From the NCBI GenBank assembly GCA_964016885.1, contig OZ024741.1, positions 414,408,001 to 414,472,000 of the forward strand: DNA of 64,000 nucleotides, given 5' to 3'. Source of the DNA: Eledone cirrhosa. Taxonomy: Eukaryota. The notes under the pieces are model-generated. The model was not told the DNA's origin. It ran no database searches and saw nothing but the letters and a program-made list of their open reading frames with translations. This document shows, one piece after another, positions 56,040 through 64,000 of this stretch; within the stretch, counting starts at the first letter, position 1; every line of letters begins with the position of its first letter. Both the position numbers and the translations under genes were made by a program.

Positions 56040-59000
56040 TCCTTTACCTCCTCAACCCAGCTAACCCAATATTTCAATACTAACCTTTAACCCCTCAACC
56101 CTGCTAACCCAATATTACAATAATAACCTTTAACCCCTCAACCCTGCTAACCCAATATTTCAGTACTGACCTTTAACCCCTCAACCCTGCTAACCCTATA
56201 TTTCAATACTAACCATTAACCCCTCAACCCTGCTAACCCAATATTTCAGTACTGACCTTTAACCCCTCAACCCTGCTAACCCAATATTTCAGTACTGACC
56301 TTTAACCCCTCAACCCTGCTAACCCAATATTTCAGTACTAACCTTTAACCCCTCAACCCTGCTAACCCAATATTTCAGTACTGACCTTTAACCCCTCAAC
56401 CCTGCTAACCCAATATTTCAGCACTAACCTTTAACCCCTCAACCCTGCTAACCCAATATTTCAGTACTAACCTTTAACCCCTCAACCCTGCTAACCCAAT
56501 ATTTCAATACTAACCTTTAACCCCTCAACCCTGCTAACCCAATATTTCTGTACTGACCTTTAACCCCTCAACCCTGCTAACCCAATATTACAATACTAAC
56601 CTTTAACCCTTCAACCCTGCTAACCCAATATTTCAATACTAACCTTTAACCCCTCAACCCTGCTAACCCAATATTTCAGTACTGACCTTTAACCCCTCAA
56701 CCATGCTAACCCAATATTACAATACTAACCTTTAACCCTTCAACCCTGCTAACCCAATATTTCAGTACTAACCTTTAACCCCTCAACCCTGCTAACCCAA
56801 TATTTCAATACTAACCTTTAACCCCTCAACCCTGCTAACCCAATATTTCAGTACTGACCTTTAACCCCTCAACCCTGCTAACCCAATATTTCAATACTAA
56901 CCTTTAACCCCTCAACCCTGCTAACCCAATATTTCAGTACTGACCTTTAACCCCTCAACCCTGCTAACCCAATATTTCAATACTAACCTTTAACCCCTCA
57001 ACCCTGCTAACTCAATATTTCAGTACTGACCTTTAACCCCTCAACCCTGCTAACCCAATATTTCAGTACTGACCTTTAACCACTCAACCCTGCTAACCCA
57101 ATATTTCAGTACTGACCTTTAACCCCTCAACCCTGCTAACCCAATATTTCAATACTAACCTTTAACCCCTCAACTCTGCTAACCCAATATTTCAGTACTG
57201 ACCTTTAACCCCTCAACCCTGCTAACCCAATATTTCAGTACTGACCTTTAACCCCTCAACCCTGCTAACCCAATATTTCAATACTAACCTTTAACCCCTC
57301 AACTCTGCTAACCCAATATTTCAGTACTGACCTTTAACTCCTCAACCCTGCTAACCCAATATTTCAATACTAACCTTTAACACATCAACCCTGCTAACCC
57401 AATATTACAATACTAACCTTTAACCCCTCAACCCTGCTAACCCAATATTTCAGTACTGACCTTTAACCCTGCTAACCCAATATTTCAATACTAACCTTTA
57501 ACCCCTCAACCCTGCTAACCCAATATTTCAGTACTGACCTTTAACCCCTCAACCCTGCTAACCCAATATTACAATACTAACCTTTAACCCTGCTAACCCA
57601 ATATTTCAATACTAACGTTTAACCCCTCAACCCTGTTAACCCAATATTTCAGTACTGACCTTTAACCCCTCAACCCTGCTAACCTAATATTTCAATACTA
57701 TCCTTTACCTCCTCAACCCAGCTAACCCAATATTTCAATACTAACCTTTAACCCCTCAACCCTGCTAACCCAATATTTCAGTACTGACCTTTAACCCCTC
57801 AACCCTGCTAACCCTATATTTCAATACTAACCATTAACCCCTCAACCCTGCTAACCCAATATTTCAGTACTGACCTTTAACCCCTCAACCCTGCTAACCC
57901 AATATTTCAGTACTGACCTTTAACCCCTCAACCCTGCTAACCCAATATTTCAGTACTAACCTTTAACCCCTCAACCCTGCTAACCCAATATTTCAGTACT
58001 GACCTTTAACCCCTCAACCCTGCTAACCCAATATTTCAGCACTAACCTTTAACCCCTCAACCCTGCTAACCCAATATTTCAGTACTAACCTTTAACCCCT
58101 CAACCCTGCTAACCCAATATTTCAATACTAACCTTTAACCCCTCAACCCTGCTAACCCAATATTTCTGTACTGACCTTTAACCCCTCAACCCTGCTAACC
58201 CAATATTACAATACTAACCTTTAACCCTTCAACCCTGCTAACCCAATATTTCAATACTAACCTTTAACCCCTCAACCCTGCTAACCCAATATTTCAGTAC
58301 TGACCTTTAACCCCTCAACCCTGCTAACCCAATATTACAATACTAACCTTTAACCCTTCAACCCTGCTAACCCAATATTTCAGTACTGTCCTTTAACCCC
58401 TCAACCCTGCTAACCCAATATTTCAGTACTGACCTTTAACCCCTCAACCCTGCTAACCCAATATTTCAATACTAACCTTTAACCCCTCAACCCTGCTAAC
58501 CCAATATTTCAGTACTGACCTTTAACCCCTCAACCCTGCTAACCCAATATTTCAATACTAACCTTTAACCCCTCAACCCTGCTAACTCAATATTTCAGTA
58601 CTGACCTTTAACCCCTCAACCCTGCTAACCCAATATTTCAGTACTGACCTTTAACCACTCAACCCTGCTAACCCAATATTTCAGTACTGACCTTTAACCC
58701 CTCAACCCTGCTAACCCAATATTTCAATACTAACCTTTAACCCCTCAACTCTGCTAACCCAATATTTCAGTACTGACCTTTAACCCCTCAACCCTGCTAA
58801 CCCAATATTTCAGTACTGACCTTTAACCCCTCAACCCTGCTAACCCAATATTTCAATACTAACCTTTAACCCCTCAACTCTGCTAACCCAATATTTCAGC
58901 ACTGACCTTTAACTCCTCAACCCTGCTAACCCAATATTTCAATACTAACCTTTAACCCCTCAACCCTGCTAACCCAATATTACAATACTAACCTTTAACC

Positions 59001-59280
59001 CCTCAACCCTGCTAACCCAATATTTCAGTACTGACCTTTAACCCTGCTAACCCAATATTTCAATACTAACCTTTAACCCCTCAACCCTGCTAACCCAATA
59101 TTTCAGTACTGACCTTTAACCCCTCAACCCTGCTAACCCAATATTACAATACTAACCTTTAACCCTGCTAACCCAATATTTCAATACTAACGTTTAACCC
59201 CTCAACCCTGTTAACCCAATATTTCAGTACTGACCTTTAACCCCTCAACCCTGCTAACCTAATATTTCAATACTAACCTT
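56040..59280 (+). repeat. Tandem duplication of a 37-38-monomer block (1575-1618 bp)
   Basis: GCACTAACC is at 56421/58039 (38x43-16). The 8-bp-deleted monomer is at 57461/59036 and ACTAACGTTT is at 57611/59186 (both 37x43-16). Confidence 0.88.
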
Positions 59281-62200
59281 TACCTCATCAACCCTGCTAA
59301 CCCAATATTTCAATACTAACCTTTAACCCCTCAACCCTGCTAACCCAATATTTCAATACTGACCTTTAACCCCTCAACCCTGCTAACCCAAGATTTCAGT
59401 ACTGACCTTTAACCCCTCAACCCTGCTAACCCAATATTTCAATACTAGCCTTTAACCCCTCAACCCTACTAACCCAATATTTCAATACTAACCTTTAACC
59501 CCTCAAACCTGCTAACCCAATATTTCAATACTAACCTTTAACCCCTCAACCCTGCTAACCCAATATTTCGGTACTAACCTTTAACCCCTCAACCCTGCTA
59601 ACCCAATATTTCAGTACTGAACTTTAACCCCTCAACCCTGCTAACCAAATATTTCAGTACTGAACTTTAACCCCTCAACCCTGCTAACCCAATATTTCAG
59701 TACTAACCTTTAACCCCTCAAACCTGCTAACCAAATATTTCAAGACTGAACTTTAACCCCTCAACCCTGCTAACCCAATATTTCAGTACTGACCTTTAAC
59801 CCCTCAACCCTGCTAACCCAATATTTCAGTACTGACCTTTAACCCCTCAACCCTGCTAACCCAATATTTCAGTACTAACCTTTAACCCCTCAACCCTGCT
59901 AACCCAATATTTAAGTACTGACCTTTAACCCCTCAACCCTGCTAACCCAATATTACAATACTAACCTTTAACACCTCAACCCTGCCAACGCAATATTTCA
60001 ATACTAACCTTTAACCCCTCAACCCTGCTAACCCAATATTTCAGTACTGACCTTTAACCCCTACACCCTGCTAACCCAATATTTCAGTACTGACCTTTAA
60101 CCCCTCAACCCTGCTAACCCAATATTACAATACTAACCTTTAACCCCTCAACCCTGCTAACCCAATATTACAATAATAACCTTTAACCCCTCAACCCTGC
60201 TAACCCAATATTTCAATACTAACCTTTAACTCCTCAACCCAGCTAACCCAATATTTCAATACTAACCTTTAACCCCTCAACCCTGCTAACCCAATATTTC
60301 AATACTAACCTTTAACTCCTCAACCCAGCTAACCCAATATTACAATACTAACCTTTAACCCCTCAACCCTGCTAACCCAATATTTCAATACTAACCTTTA
60401 ACTCCTCAACCCTGCTAACCCAATATTTCAGTACTGACCTTTAACCCCTCAACCCTGCTAACCCAATATTTCAGTACTAACCTTTAACCCCTCAACCCTG
60501 CTAACCCAATATTTCAGTACTGACCTTTAACCCCTCAACGCTGCTAACCCAATATTTCAATACTAACCTTTAACTCCTCAACCCTGCTAACCCAATATTT
60601 CAGTACTGACCTTTAACCCCTCAACCCTGCTAACCCAATATTTCAGTACTAAACTTTAACTCCTCAACCCTGCTAACCCAATATTACAGTACTGACCTTT
60701 AACCCCTCAACCCTGCTAACCCAATATTTCAGTACTAACCTTTAACCCCTCAACCCTGCTAACCCAAGATTTCAGTACTGACCTTTAACCCCTCAACCCT
60801 GCTAACCCAATATTTCAGTACTAACCTTTAACCCCTCAACCCTGCTAACCCAATATTTAAGTACTGACCTTTAACCCCTCAACCCTGCTAACCCAATATT
60901 TCAATACTAACCTTTACCTCCTCAACCCAGCTAACCCAATATTTCAATACTAACCTTTAACCCCTCAACCCTGCTAACCCAATATTTCAGTACTGACCTT
61001 TAACCCCTCAACCCTGCTAACCCTATATTTCAATACTAACCATTAACCCCTCAACCCTGCTAACCCAATATTTCAGTACTGACCTTTAACCCCTCAACCC
61101 TGCTAACCCAATATTTCAGTACTGACCTTTAACCCCTCAACCCTGCTAACCCAATATTTCAGTACTAACCTTTAACCCCTCAACCCTGCTAACCCAATAT
61201 TTCAGTACTGACCTTTAACCCCTCAACCCTGCTAACCCAATATTTCAATACTAACCTTTAACCCCTCAAACCTGCTAACCCAATATTTCAGTACTAACCT
61301 TTAACCCCTCAACCCTGCTAACCCAATATTTCAATACTAACCTTTAACCCCTCAACCCTGCTAACCCAATATTTCAGTACTGACCTTTAACCCCTCAACC
61401 CTGCTAACCCAATATTACAATACTAACCTTTAACCCTTCAACCCTGCTAACCCAATATTTCAATACTAACCTTTAACCCCTCAACCCTGCTAACCCAATA
61501 TTTCAGTACTGACCTTTAACCCCTCAACCCTGCTAACCCAATATTACAATACTAACCTTTAACCCTTCAACCCTGCTAACCCAATATTTCAGTACTGTCC
61601 TTTAACCCCTCAACCCTGCTAACCCAATATTTCAGTACTGACCTTTAACCCCTCAACCCTGCTAACCCAATATTTCAATACTAACCTTTAACCCCTCAAC
61701 CCTGCTAACCCAATATTTCAGTACTGACCTTTAACCCCTCAACCCTGCTAACCCAATATTTCAGTACTGACCTTTAACCACTCAACCCTGCTAACCCAAT
61801 ATTTCAGTACTGACCTTTAACCCCTCAACCCTGCTAACCCAATATTTCAATACTAACCTTTAACCCCTCAACTCTGCTAACCCAATATTTCAGTACTGAC
61901 CTTTAACCTCTCAACCCTGCTAACCCAATATTTCAGTACTGACCTTTAACCCCTCAACCCTGCTAACCCAATATTTCAATACTAACCTTTAACCCCTCAA
62001 CTCTGCTAACCCAATATTTCAGTACTGACCTTTAACTCCTCAACCCTGCTAACCCAATATTTCAATACTAACCTTTAACCCCTCAACCCTACTAACCCAA
62101 TATTACAATACTAACCTTTAACCCCTCAACCCTGCTAACCCAATATTTCAGTACTGACCTTTAATCCCTCAACCCTGCTAACCCAATATTTCAGTACTGA

Positions 62201-64000
62201 CCTTTAACCCTTGAACCCTGCTAACCCAATATTTCTGTACTGACCTTTAACCCCTCAACCCTGCTCACCCAATATTTCAGTACTGACCTTTAACCCCTCA
62301 ACCCTGCTAACCCAATATTACAATACTAACCTTTAACCCCTCAACCCTGCTAACCCAATATTTCAGTACTGACCTTTAACCCCTCAACCCTGCTAACCCA
62401 ATATTTCAGTACTGACCTTTAACCCCTCAACCCTGCTAACCCAATATTTCAGTACTGACCTTTAAGCCCTCAACCCTGCTAACCCAATATTACAATACTA
62501 ACCTTTAACCCCTCAACCCTGCTAACCCAATATTTCAGTACTGACCTTTAACCCCTCAACCCTGCTAACCCAATATTACAATACTAACCTTTAACCCCTC
62601 AACCCTGCTAACCCAATATTTCAGTACTGACCTTTAACCCCTCAACCCTGCTAACCCAATATTTCAGTACTAACCTTTAACCCCTCAACCCTGCTAACCC
62701 AATATTTCAGTACTGACCTTTAACCCCTCAACCCTGCTAACCCAATATTACAATACTAACCTTTAACCCCTCAACCCTGCTAACCCAATATTTCAGTACT
62801 GACCTTTAACCCCTCAACCCTGCTAACCCAATATTTCAGTACTGACCTTTAACCCCTCAACCCTGTTAAACCAATATTTCAGTACTGACCTTTAACCCCT
62901 CAACCCTGCTAACCCAATATTTCAGTACTGACATTTAAGCCCTCAACCCTGCTAACCAAATATTACAATACTAACCTTTAACACCTCAACCCTGCTAACC
63001 CAATATTTCAGTACTGACCTTTAACCCCTCAACCCTGCTAACCCAATATTTCAGTACTGACCTTTAACCCCTCAACCCTGCTAACCCAATATTTCAGTAC
63101 TGACCTTTAACCCCTCAACCCTACTAACCCAATATTTCAGTACTAACCTTTAACCCCTCAACCCTGCTAACCCAATATTTCAGTACTGACCTTTAACCCC
63201 TCAACTCTGCTAACCCAATATTTCAGTACTGACCTTTAACCCCTCAACCCTGCTAACCCAATATTTCAGTACTGACCTTTAACCCACCAACCCTGCTAAC
63301 CCAATATTTCAGTACTGACCTTTAATCCCTCAACCCTGCTAACCCAATATTTTAGTACTGACCTTTAACCCACCAACCCTGCTAACCCAATATTTCAGTA
63401 CTGACCTTTAATCCCTCAACCCTGCTAACCCAATATTACTATACTAACTTTAACACCTCAACCCTGCTAACCCAATATTTCAGTACTGACCTTTAACCCC
63501 CAAACCCTGCTAACCCAATATTTCAGTACTGATCTTTAACCCCTCAACCCTGCTAACCCAATATTTCAGGACTGACCTTTAACCCCTCAATCCTGCTAAC
63601 CCAATATTTCAGTACTGACCTTTAACCCCTCAACCCTGCTAACCCAATATTTCAGTACTGACCTTTAATCCCTCAATCCTGCTAACCCAATATTTCAGTA
63701 TTGACCTTTAACCCCTCAACCCTTCTAACCCAATATTTCAATACTAACCTTTAACCCCTCAACCCTTCTAACCCAATATTTTAGTACTAACCTTTAACCC
63801 CTCAACCCTGCTAACCCAATATTTCAATACTAACCTTTAACCCCTCAACCCTGCTAACCCAATATTTCAATACTAACCGTTAACCCCTCAACCCTGCTAA
63901 CCCAATATTTCAATACTGACCTTTAACCCCTCAACCCTGCTAACCCAAGATTTCAGTACTGACCTTTAACCCCTCAACCCTGCTAACCCAATATTTCAAT

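Larger units (their letters stand above)
1..64000 (+). repeat. Tandem satellite array, 43-bp monomer (consensus TTTCAGTACTGACCTTTAACCCCTCAACCCTGCTAACCCAATA), about 1490 copies, extends beyond both window edges
   Basis: Monomer 1 is 1-43 and monomer 2 starts at 44. A monomer starts at 36121 (=840x43+1), so phase is kept net over 36 kb. The deletions I found after 36.9 kb sum to 77 bp, and 63950+77=1489x43, so the accounting closes exactly. All copies have the same orientation. Consensus composition is A12 C16 G3 T12. Confidence 0.99.

Noticed and set aside
1-64000. Protein-coding repeat ORF on either strand
   Set aside because: The + monomer has stops at positions 10, 17 and 34, and the - monomer has TAG, TGA and TAA. 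Because 43 is not a multiple of 3, every frame meets a stop within three monomers. The consensus has no ATG on either strand.
1-64000. CRISPR-like array (constant 31-bp repeat plus variable 12-bp spacer)
   Set aside because: The variable part comprises only a handful of point-variant haplotypes of the same sequence, not unique spacers. There is no leader and no cas gene.
1-64000. Canonical telomerase-synthesised telomere tract
   Set aside because: The unit is 43 bp with heritable variants duplicated in multi-kb blocks. There is no run of perfect short telomere repeats longer than about two units.
1-64000. Order of monomer variants as an information-bearing code
   Set aside because: The order is explained by nested duplications at exact multiples of 43 bp. 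Nothing in the sequence points to a reader or a function.
1-64000. Whole array being a synthetic or collapsed-assembly artefact
   Set aside because: Duplicated blocks carry private SNVs (e.g. ~11264, 26375) and nested, phylogenetically consistent variants typical of real satellite evolution. Individual duplications still need read support.

Overview
The entire 64 kb window is one uninterrupted head-to-tail tandem array (satellite/minisatellite) of a 43-bp monomer, consensus TT(T/A)CA(G/A)TACT(G/A)ACCTTTAACCCCTCAACCCTGCTAACCCAATA. Indel book-keeping gives about 1490 monomers plus 7 nt. I saw no genes, RNA genes, CRISPR spacers, transposon remnants, inversions or unique insertions. The + strand is C-rich and G-poor and is built from degenerate telomere-like units (TAACC, TAACCC, CAACCC in a 7-bp register), so the - strand carries GGG/GGG/GGGG/GG tracts. 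A eukaryotic subtelomeric or interstitial telomere-derived satellite is the best guess; the host and family cannot be identified from this sequence alone. The interesting structure lies in the variant monomers. They form a few linked haplotypes, an 86-bp dimer, 15-105-monomer segmental duplications and a degenerate ~10-12 kb macro-period, with recurrent microhomology-bounded 8-bp deletions and a more diverged right-hand subfamily. I found no gene-encoded novel system. The most speculative idea worth testing is that this is a recombination-maintained chromosome-end repeat.
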